DNA of 64,000 nucleotides from an uncultured Rickettsiales bacterium (GTDB lineage Bacteria; Pseudomonadota; Alphaproteobacteria; Rickettsiales; UBA1997): NCBI GenBank assembly GCA_944392135.1, contig CALXVQ010000005.1, positions 1,245 to 65,244 of the forward strand, read 5' to 3'. Shown piece by piece: positions 57,223 to 64,000 of this stretch (position 1 is its first letter; each line of letters starts with the position of its first letter). The notes under the pieces were generated by a model. It saw only the letters and a program-made list of their open reading frames with translations, ran no database searches and was not told where the DNA came from. The position numbers and the translations under genes were made by a program.

Positions 57223-57612
57223 ATGGACGATATTTGCAAAAATAAATGTGAATTACATATACATGATGTAAAAGCTAATAAAATTTTAGAACATATACCA
57301 TGTGATAAAATGTTTAATAAGGCATCTTTGACCTTTCAATTAATTAGTGATCCTACTAGATTAAAAATTTTGTGGTTATTGTCTCATTGCGAACTTTGTG
57401 TAAACAATATTGCAGTGGGTATAAATATGAGTGCCCCTGCTGTATCTCATCATTTAAAATTATTAAAACAAGCTGATTTAATAGAAAGCAAAAGAGAAGG
57501 AAAAGAAATTTATTACAAAATAGCATCTACAAAAGAAGCACAATTAGTCCATCAAGCTATTGATGATATTTTAGACATAAAATGTCCTTATATTAAAAAA
57601 ATTAGAACTTAA
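57223..57612 (+). CDS. ArsR/SmtB-family metalloregulatory transcription factor
   Basis: Winged HTH: LKILWLLSHCELCVNNIAVGINMSAPAVSHHLKLLKQADLIESKREGKEIYY. Confidence 0.8.
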   Translation: MDDICKNKCELHIHDVKANKILEHIPCDKMFNKASLTFQLISDPTRLKILWLLSHCELCVNNIAVGINMSAPAVSHHLKLLKQADLIESKREGKEIYYKIASTKEAQLVHQAIDDILDIKCPYIKKIRT

Positions 57613-58859
57613 TTATTGTTTTGTGGTTTTTCAAGTAATAAACTTCTACTTATATCACTTTTTACTTGATTATCAAGTTTATTTAACCATAATTCTTTTT
57701 CTTTATTTTTATTTTTTTCTTTTTCTTGTTTAATTGAATTTATTAACCTCTTTATATCTTCTATATTGTTAGCATCAATTTTTATTGATTTATTGTTATT
57801 ATTTATAATGTTTTGTTTTTGAATATCTTTTTTATCATCATTATTTAGTTTTATTAAATTTGATCTTGCGTTTTCTTTTTTATTAATCTCTGGCAATATA
57901 CTATTAATATTCTTTTGCAATCCTTCTCTATATTTTTTTACTGCTTCTTGGAACATCTTTTCTCGTTCTATTTCCTGTTTTAATTGTGATTCTTTTGCTT
58001 TAACTTTATTTTGTACTTTTTTTGGTGCATTTTTACCATATTTTACTACATAACTTGTTAGATTGTTATAATCATTAGAAAGTGGCAATTTCATTCCAAC
58101 TATTCTAGAAAAAAATTGACTCACACCCATAACAAAACCTTTTGGTATAACTGCATATATAGCAATAACCATACCTATTGTTGGAAATAAACCTGTTGAA
58201 ACCAAAAATAGTCCTAACCAACTTCCAAAAACATTGCCAACAACATAACTTGTTAATATATATCCAAAATCATCAAGAGATTTGTTAAAATAGTAATTTT
58301 CTGTGAATAACCACTCTAACGGATTTTTGACTTGACTAGGTAATACTTTTATTTTTTCTTCTGGTTTATTATCTTTTTTATCATCTTGCTTTTTTTCTTT
58401 TTTGTTATCTTTATTATTTAATATATTTTGATTTTTTACTATATTATTATTCTTATTATCAATGTTTATTTTTTCATCATCTTCTTTAAGCTCTACTTCA
58501 GCATTATTAAAAATTTCTTCTATGATTTTTCTATTGTTGTCATTATTATTTGTATATTTTTGAATATTATTTTCATTTTTATTGTCGCTTAATATATTGA
58601 GTGATACTAAATCTTTATCTTTATTATTTTCAGCTTGATTTATTTTCTCTAAAATTTGTGTATTGCCTGCTGAAACTTTTAAATTTTTAATTTTTTCTAA
58701 TTCTAGTAGTTTTATTTTGATTTTTTTGACATTATTATCATAATTATACCACTCAATATCTCTCAATCTTTGATTTTGAGAATTATTTGTGTCTGTGTTT
58801 TTTGAATTAATGTATATATTTTTATTTAATTCCATACATATATAACATAATACATACAT
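57609..58859 (-). CDS. hypothetical Asn/Lys-rich protein with central hydrophobic hairpin
   Basis: 416 aa. Low-complexity charged flanks. Central ~60-aa hydrophobic block (ILTSYVVGNVFGSWLGLFLVSTGLFPTIGMVIAIYAVIP). The start may be the internal MELNKNIY. Confidence 0.45.
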   Translation of the reverse strand: MYVLCYICMELNKNIYINSKNTDTNNSQNQRLRDIEWYNYDNNVKKIKIKLLELEKIKNLKVSAGNTQILEKINQAENNKDKDLVSLNILSDNKNENNIQKYTNNNDNNRKIIEEIFNNAEVELKEDDEKINIDNKNNNIVKNQNILNNKDNKKEKKQDDKKDNKPEEKIKVLPSQVKNPLEWLFTENYYFNKSLDDFGYILTSYVVGNVFGSWLGLFLVSTGLFPTIGMVIAIYAVIPKGFVMGVSQFFSRIVGMKLPLSNDYNNLTSYVVKYGKNAPKKVQNKVKAKESQLKQEIEREKMFQEAVKKYREGLQKNINSILPEINKKENARSNLIKLNNDDKKDIQKQNIINNNNKSIKIDANNIEDIKRLINSIKQEKEKNKNKEKELWLNKLDNQVKSDISRSLLLEKPQNNN

Positions 58860-58930
58860 GTATTATATCAAATTTTTTTTACTTTTCAATAAATTTTATT
58901 GACACTTTATAAAATAGTTATATTCTTTCT

Positions 58931-60082
58931 ATGAAAATAATTATTTACAATATGGAAAATTTAAGTGCATTTAGTAAATTAATAAAATTAAATAAAAATA
59001 TAATTTTTTTTATTATATTAATTTTTATAACAAGTATATTCACATTATATTCTGCTGCGGGTGGAAGTTTTTCTCCTTGGGCTAGTAGGCAATTATCATA
59101 TTTTTTATTATTTTTTCCAGTATTTATTTTTATAACATTAATAAATATAAATTTTTGGGCAAAACTAGCATATCCAATATACTTTTGTGCTTTAATTTTA
59201 TTAATATATGTTGAATTTATGGGGCATACTGCTATGGGTGCCACTAGATGGATTAGATTTGCCGGTTTAAGTCTTCAACCATCAGAAACTATGAAATTAG
59301 GCCTAGTTATGGGACTTGCAAAATATTTTAGTACTAAAAGTTTAGATGAAATTAAAAAAATAAAATATTCTATAATTCCAGCAATAATGATTTTTTTGCC
59401 AGCTACATTAGTATTAAAGCAACCAGATTTAGGAACAGCTACAATATTAATTTCAATAGGAGTTGGTATTTTATTTGTTGTTGGTATTCAATGGTGGAAA
59501 TTCGCAATATGTGCAATATTATGTTTTTCCTCATTACCATTTGTTTGGAAATATGGTTTACATGATTATCAAAAAAAGAGAGTAGAAGTATTTTTGAATC
59601 CAGAAAGTGATCCACTTGGTTCAGGTTATAATATAACACAATCAAAAATTGCCATTGGTTCGGGCGGTTTTTTTGGTAAAGGTTATTTACAAGGTACTCA
59701 AAGTCATTTATCGTTTTTACCAGAAAAGCAAACTGATTTCATTTTTACAATGTATACAGAAGAAACTGGTTTTGTGGGCGGGCTTTATCTTATAGTTTTA
59801 TATTCAATAATAACAACTTTTATTTTTTGGGTTGCTTTTAAATCTAGATATACATATGGCAGAATTATTGCCTCCGGAATGGGTTTTATCATCTTTTCTC
59901 ATGTCTTTGTAAATATAGGTATGGTTATGGGTTTATTGCCAGTGGTGGGTGTACCTTTACCACTTATGTCGTATGGTGGAACTATTACAGTATCTACTCT
60001 ATTAGCTTTTGGTTTTATCATGAATGCTGATTTATATAGAAATGAAGAAATAAAAACAAAACAAAATTTCTTAAAATATTAA
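58931..60082 (+). CDS. rodA: peptidoglycan glycosyltransferase RodA (SEDS family)
   Basis: DPLGSGYNITQSKIAIGSGGFFGKGYLQGTQSHLSFLPEKQTDFIF closely parallels E. coli RodA. 383 aa, about 10 TM helices. Confidence 0.85.
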   Translation: MKIIIYNMENLSAFSKLIKLNKNIIFFIILIFITSIFTLYSAAGGSFSPWASRQLSYFLLFFPVFIFITLININFWAKLAYPIYFCALILLIYVEFMGHTAMGATRWIRFAGLSLQPSETMKLGLVMGLAKYFSTKSLDEIKKIKYSIIPAIMIFLPATLVLKQPDLGTATILISIGVGILFVVGIQWWKFAICAILCFSSLPFVWKYGLHDYQKKRVEVFLNPESDPLGSGYNITQSKIAIGSGGFFGKGYLQGTQSHLSFLPEKQTDFIFTMYTEETGFVGGLYLIVLYSIITTFIFWVAFKSRYTYGRIIASGMGFIIFSHVFVNIGMVMGLLPVVGVPLPLMSYGGTITVSTLLAFGFIMNADLYRNEEIKTKQNFLKY

Positions 60083-60142
60083 AAATATTTAAAAAATTTC
60101 TTGATTTTTTAAATATGTAGTGTTTATAATTGTTTTGTAGTT

Positions 60143-60219
60143 GTGCCCTTAGCTCAGTTGGATAGAGCAACAGCCTTCTAAGCTGTGGGTCGTGAGTTCG
60201 AACCTCGCAGGGCACACCA
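60143..60219 (+). tRNA. tRNA-Arg (anticodon TCT), CCA encoded
   Basis: Folded by hand. Acceptor stem GTGCCCT/AGGGCAC. D arm GCTC-AGTTGGATA-GAGC. Anticodon arm ACAGC-CT[TCT]AA-GCTGT. Variable loop GGGTC. T arm GTGAG-TTCGAAC-CTCGC. Discriminator A, then CCA. Confidence 0.9.
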
Positions 60220-60235
60220 TTCTTTAATTTAATCA

Positions 60236-61669
60236 TTGATTTTTAATCTTTATTTTTTATTATTTTTAAAAATAATAAATTTATTACTTGTGAAAAAATA
60301 TATAAATATATTTATTTTAGGTTTATTGTCAGGTTTAGCTTTTCCACCATTATATTTTATTATATTCTTATCAATATCTTTTTATTATTTATTAGATAAA
60401 ATTAATAATTCTGTATCATATAAAAATGCTTTCTTAAATGGACTAATATTTGGTTTTGGTTATTTTTTATTACAATTTTATTGGATATGTTTTTCTATGA
60501 TGGTTGACCTAAAATCATTCTTTTGGCTAATACCAATTACAATTTCAATGGTGCCACTTATTTGTGCTACATTTATTGGTGGTGCTACATTAACATTATA
60601 CTACATAATAAAAAAATTTAGTATAAAAAATAAAATTCTTATTACCTTACTCTTTGCTATTTTATTTATATTTTTTGAATATTTGAGAAGTTTTATTTTT
60701 CCTTGGGATTTATTTGCATATATAGTCGGTTTTTCTAATATTTTAATGCAAGTAGTATCAATTTTAAATATATATATTTATGGTATTGTCTTAATATTTT
60801 TATTATCTTTTTCTTACGTTTTTTTTACATATCAAAATAAAAAAATTTCTTTCAATGAAGAATATAAAAAATATATCTCTTTACATGTTGGCATTTTATT
60901 TTGTATAATTATTTTTGGCTCTATAAGACTATATAATGCAAAAATAAAAACATTTAATATAAATATACAATTGGTTCAAGCTAATATTAAACAAGATCTA
61001 AAATGGGATAAAAATGAAAAAGTAAATAATTTAAAAAAGCATATTAATATGAGTAATAGTAAAAATGCAGATATTATTATATGGTCAGAAAGTTCTATTC
61101 CTTATATTATTGATAAAAATGCCTATATTGATTTTTTAACAGATAAAACACTAATAACTGGTGCTTTACGAGCCGATATTAAAAATAATCAAATAAATGA
61201 ATTGTGGAATAGTATTTTTGTTTTTAAAAATGGAAAAATTACTGACTATTATGATAAACAAGTATTAGTTCCTTTTGGAGAATATATACCATTTTCAAAA
61301 TATTTACCATTTGTAAAAAAAATTACACAGGGTGCAATAGACTTTTCAAGTGGAAATTCAAATAAAAATATTATAATTAATAATATAAAATTTAACCCTA
61401 TTATTTGTTATGAGATTGTTTTTCCTAATTATGTAAAAAAGAAAAATAAAAATGCGGATATTATTTTAAATTTAACCAATGATGGATGGTTTGGTATTTC
61501 TAGTGGTCCATATCAACATTTTGTAGCCACACAATTTAGAGCTGTTGAAAATAAAACACCTATAATTAGAGTTTCTAATAGTGGTATAACAGCATATATT
61601 GATGAATATGGTAGAGTCGTTGAAAAAATGGATTTAGACACAGAAGGAGAAATTGAATTAAAAATATAA
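60236..61669 (+). CDS. lnt: apolipoprotein N-acyltransferase
   Basis: N-terminal multi-TM domain followed by a CN-hydrolase domain (IIWSESS, ICYEIVFP, NLTNDGWFG). The track start is a TTG. A GTG at ~60290 (VKKYINIFILGLLSGLAFPP) is a more typical N-terminus. Confidence 0.85.
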   Translation: MIFNLYFLLFLKIINLLLVKKYINIFILGLLSGLAFPPLYFIIFLSISFYYLLDKINNSVSYKNAFLNGLIFGFGYFLLQFYWICFSMMVDLKSFFWLIPITISMVPLICATFIGGATLTLYYIIKKFSIKNKILITLLFAILFIFFEYLRSFIFPWDLFAYIVGFSNILMQVVSILNIYIYGIVLIFLLSFSYVFFTYQNKKISFNEEYKKYISLHVGILFCIIIFGSIRLYNAKIKTFNINIQLVQANIKQDLKWDKNEKVNNLKKHINMSNSKNADIIIWSESSIPYIIDKNAYIDFLTDKTLITGALRADIKNNQINELWNSIFVFKNGKITDYYDKQVLVPFGEYIPFSKYLPFVKKITQGAIDFSSGNSNKNIIINNIKFNPIICYEIVFPNYVKKKNKNADIILNLTNDGWFGISSGPYQHFVATQFRAVENKTPIIRVSNSGITAYIDEYGRVVEKMDLDTEGEIELKI

Positions 61670-61691
61670 TTAATTCAATTTCTTATTAATA

Positions 61692-62450
61692 TTATTTTTT
61701 TGGCAATTTTGCAAACAAATAATTCACAATAGGAAAAGGCATTAATCTAGTAATTTTTAATAAAATATATAAAATTAAAGGAAAAGCAACCATGCCTTTA
61801 TTTTTTGAAATACCTTTTATAATTTTTTTACTAGCTTTTTCTACTGACATTATTAAAGGCATTACAAATTTATTTTTATCAGTTAATGGCGTTTTTATAA
61901 AACCAGGACAAATAGTAGAAACACCAATATTATGATATTTTAAATATCCCCTTAAAGCTTCGCCATATGCTGTCATACAAGCTTTTGAACTTGAATAAGC
62001 AGGACAACTTGCCATGCCTATAAAACTAGACATTGATGAAATAATAGCTATTTGTCCGCTTTTTCTTTTAACCATTTCAGGAATAAGTGGTTCTATTGTA
62101 TTTAAAACACCAAAAATATTTGTATTAAATATTTCATACACTTGCTCATCGGGTTCTGTGCCACCAAAAGTACCAGCAGAAATACCAGCATTAGCAATAA
62201 CTAAATCTATATTATTTTCTTTATCACAAGACAAAACCCATTCTTTCATTTTTTCTTTGTCTTTTACATCAACAATTTTTGTAAAAACATTAGCACCCTT
62301 TTCTTTGCATAATTTAGCTGTTTCTAATAATCTTTCTTCATTTCTTCCAGATAAATATAAACATACACCAGATTTTGCATAATCTATTGCTAATTGTTTA
62401 CCTAAACCACTTGAAGCCCCTGTAATTAAAATTGTATTAAATTTTTTCAT
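61692..62450 (-). CDS. short-chain dehydrogenase/reductase (SDR) family oxidoreductase
   Basis: ILITGASSGLGKQLA cofactor motif, NAG, catalytic YSSSKA and a hydrophobic C-terminal segment. Confidence 0.8.
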   Translation of the reverse strand: MKKFNTILITGASSGLGKQLAIDYAKSGVCLYLSGRNEERLLETAKLCKEKGANVFTKIVDVKDKEKMKEWVLSCDKENNIDLVIANAGISAGTFGGTEPDEQVYEIFNTNIFGVLNTIEPLIPEMVKRKSGQIAIISSMSSFIGMASCPAYSSSKACMTAYGEALRGYLKYHNIGVSTICPGFIKTPLTDKNKFVMPLIMSVEKASKKIIKGISKNKGMVAFPLILYILLKITRLMPFPIVNYLFAKLPKK

Positions 62451-62919
62451 TATTTTTCCTATTATTATTTAAAATATCTCTAAGTAAGTCTTTTATTTTT
62501 GATTTATTTTTTACACCATTCCAACTAATATTAGCATCAACAATATTACCAGATTCTTGTATTGCTTTTACAATAGCTAATATGCCCATATCTTTAATTT
62601 TATTCCATGACACATCTATTACTTGTATATTTTTATTTTCTTTTATTGCATTAGCAATAGCATAAGCCCCCTTTTTTGTAATAAAATTACCACTTAAATT
62701 TATATTTTTTATATAAAAATTTTCTTTTATAGCCTCCATAAGCAATATAATGTCTTCATCATCTAAATTATTACTACCAAGATTCAAAGACTCAATTTGA
62801 TTATTATTTCTAATAGCATCAGTAATATCATATAAATCGCTTTTACTAATAGAATTATTATATAAATCTAAATCTATAATTTTGTTTTGTTTAGCTAATT
62901 CTAACAACTTTTTATTCAT
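62437..62919 (-). CDS. RNI-type (ribonuclease-inhibitor-like) leucine-rich repeat protein
   Basis: About 28-aa repeats: IESLNLGSNNLDDEDIILLMEAIKENFY / IKNINLSGNFITKKGAYAIANAIKENKN / IQVIDVSWNKIKDMGILAIVKAIQESGN. Basic C-terminus. Starts 8 nt after virB4 ends. Confidence 0.7.
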   Translation of the reverse strand: MNKKLLELAKQNKIIDLDLYNNSISKSDLYDITDAIRNNNQIESLNLGSNNLDDEDIILLMEAIKENFYIKNINLSGNFITKKGAYAIANAIKENKNIQVIDVSWNKIKDMGILAIVKAIQESGNIVDANISWNGVKNKSKIKDLLRDILNNNRKNNEKI

Positions 62920-62927
62920 ATTATTAT

Positions 62928-64000
62928 CTATTTATTTGATTGTATAATTGTATTTTCATCATTCTCAACATTTCTAGATTTTTCCCATTTTTGTTGATTA
63001 ATTTCATTTTCTCTAATTTTTTTCGCCTGGACTATTTTTTCATATTCTTCCATTATTTTTAAAAATGCTGGTACCCATACAGAAGGTTCATCACTTTGTG
63101 ATATTTGTTTTGCTTTTTTCATAGCATTTATAGAAACATTATCACAACTAAAAATATTTCTATAATAATTAAAATCATCTAAATTTATAGAAGAAATAAT
63201 AATATCTCTACCATTTTTTAATAAAAAATCTCTTTTTTCAACCTGCATAAAACTTAATACTCTTGCTTCTTCATCCTGTAAATCTAAAATCTTCCTTTCA
63301 TAAAATGTAGCTTTTGGTGTAGGCAAATAAATTTTTGTAGTAAAAAAATTAGCAATAGATGATGTAATATAAGATTTATTAAGATTAGTCTCTCCATTTG
63401 TTGTAAGTATTGTGATTATATTTTTTTGTTGATAATCATTTAATCTTTTAAAGAATATAGAAGCTATGGATTCATTATCAATCACATTCCAAGCATCATC
63501 AATAACTAAAATAAATGGTTCATCACCAGCTATTTTATTAACTAAAAATAATAAATATCTAATAACTGGTATTGTTAACTCTTTATTTTTTACAATAGTT
63601 TTTAATGAAATGCCCACAATATCATTTTGAATAACTGTATTTTCTGCATGATTAAACATAAATGATAAATTATCATTATCGCACCAATTTTTTAATTTAC
63701 TATGTATAAAACTAGTATCATAAGTATCAAACATTTTTACAATATTCTCAAAACTTCTTTCTTGTATAGGAATAGATAAAATTTTATCAATAATAGATGG
63801 TATAAAATCATACTCGCTTTTTAATTGAGTAAGTGTTTTACCCATTTCAATAAAACCATCATCTTGAAAGTCAACTAAATCAATAATAAAATTTACTAAA
63901 AATCTTTTACTATCTTTTAAATCTTCAAGTAAAAATGGATTAATTTTAAATTGTTCATTATTAGGTATATTTGGGCTTATTCTGTAATATTTACCACCAA
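62928..64000 (-). CDS. virB4: type IV secretion ATPase VirB4/TrbE family, C-terminal part (N-terminus beyond the window edge)
   Basis: Walker B-like FILVIDDAWNVID, then NIITILTTNG. Next comes KIYLPTPKATFYERKILDLQDEEARVLSFMQVEKRDFLLKNGRDIIISSINLDDF, which matches the VirB4 C-terminal pattern. I translated the frame upstream of the track start 63845 and it stays open to nt 64000. Confidence 0.75.
   Translation of the reverse strand, partial: GGKYYRISPNIPNNEQFKINPFLLEDLKDSKRFLVNFIIDLVDFQDDGFIEMGKTLTQLKSEYDFIPSIIDKILSIPIQERSFENIVKMFDTYDTSFIHSKLKNWCDNDNLSFMFNHAENTVIQNDIVGISLKTIVKNKELTIPVIRYLLFLVNKIAGDEPFILVIDDAWNVIDNESIASIFFKRLNDYQQKNIITILTTNGETNLNKSYITSSIANFFTTKIYLPTPKATFYERKILDLQDEEARVLSFMQVEKRDFLLKNGRDIIISSINLDDFNYYRNIFSCDNVSINAMKKAKQISQSDEPSVWVPAFLKIMEEYEKIVQAKKIRENEINQQKWEKSRNVENDENTIIQSNK

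Noticed and set aside
60018-60236. 72-aa minus-strand ORF
   Set aside because: It runs straight through the hand-folded tRNA-Arg (60143-60219); its peptide VPCEVRTHDPQLRRLLLYPTELR is the reverse-complement translation of that tRNA.

Overview
This is a very AT-rich (by eye about one quarter G+C), tightly packed bacterial chromosome segment. I count about 55 credible protein genes and one tRNA. I saw no rRNA, transposase, integrase or CRISPR array.

The backbone is housekeeping: frr-uppS-cdsA, dnaA, rarA, glmM, rnhB-addA, ftsH, recN, hda-like/tmk, rplU-rpmA, secD, zupT, radC, dgkA, lpxD-fabZ, murD, rodA, tRNA-Arg(UCU) and lnt. The gene content includes the LPS and lipoprotein pathways, an AddA-type helicase-nuclease, an Hda-like protein, VirB4 and VirB6-like proteins, eukaryote-like ANK and LRR proteins, and palindromic repeat clusters. 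This suggests a host-associated Gram-negative bacterium, possibly a Rickettsiales- or Holosporales-like alphaproteobacterium. That placement is inference only.

The accessory content, in rough order of interest:
1. A four-gene minus-strand operon (41531-48168). It centres on a 1634-aa lipoprotein with a Cys-rich ectodomain fused to a VirB6/TrbL-like membrane domain, followed by its own predicted beta-barrel protein.
2. A 2338-aa tail-anchored protein built from about 17 copies of a ~95-aa module, with perfect 113-bp DNA repeats inside the gene.
3. A complete [FeFe]-hydrogenase catalytic subunit embedded in a core operon.
4. A scattered type IV pilus/pseudopilus set: PilC plus three pilin-like genes. 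One of these carries a C12 homopolymer in its 5' coding region.
5. An orphan consensus sigma70 promoter driving a structured non-coding stretch between addA and ftsH.
6. Two clusters of GC-rich palindromic repeat elements.
7. Gene remnants or pseudo-enzymes: a stand-alone Mfd N-terminal module, a degenerate MurD paralogue and a frame-disrupted ankyrin gene.
8. Candidate secreted effectors: an ANK protein with an NLS-like tail, and an RNI-type LRR protein directly downstream of virB4.

All functional calls come from reading motifs by eye. No database search was run.
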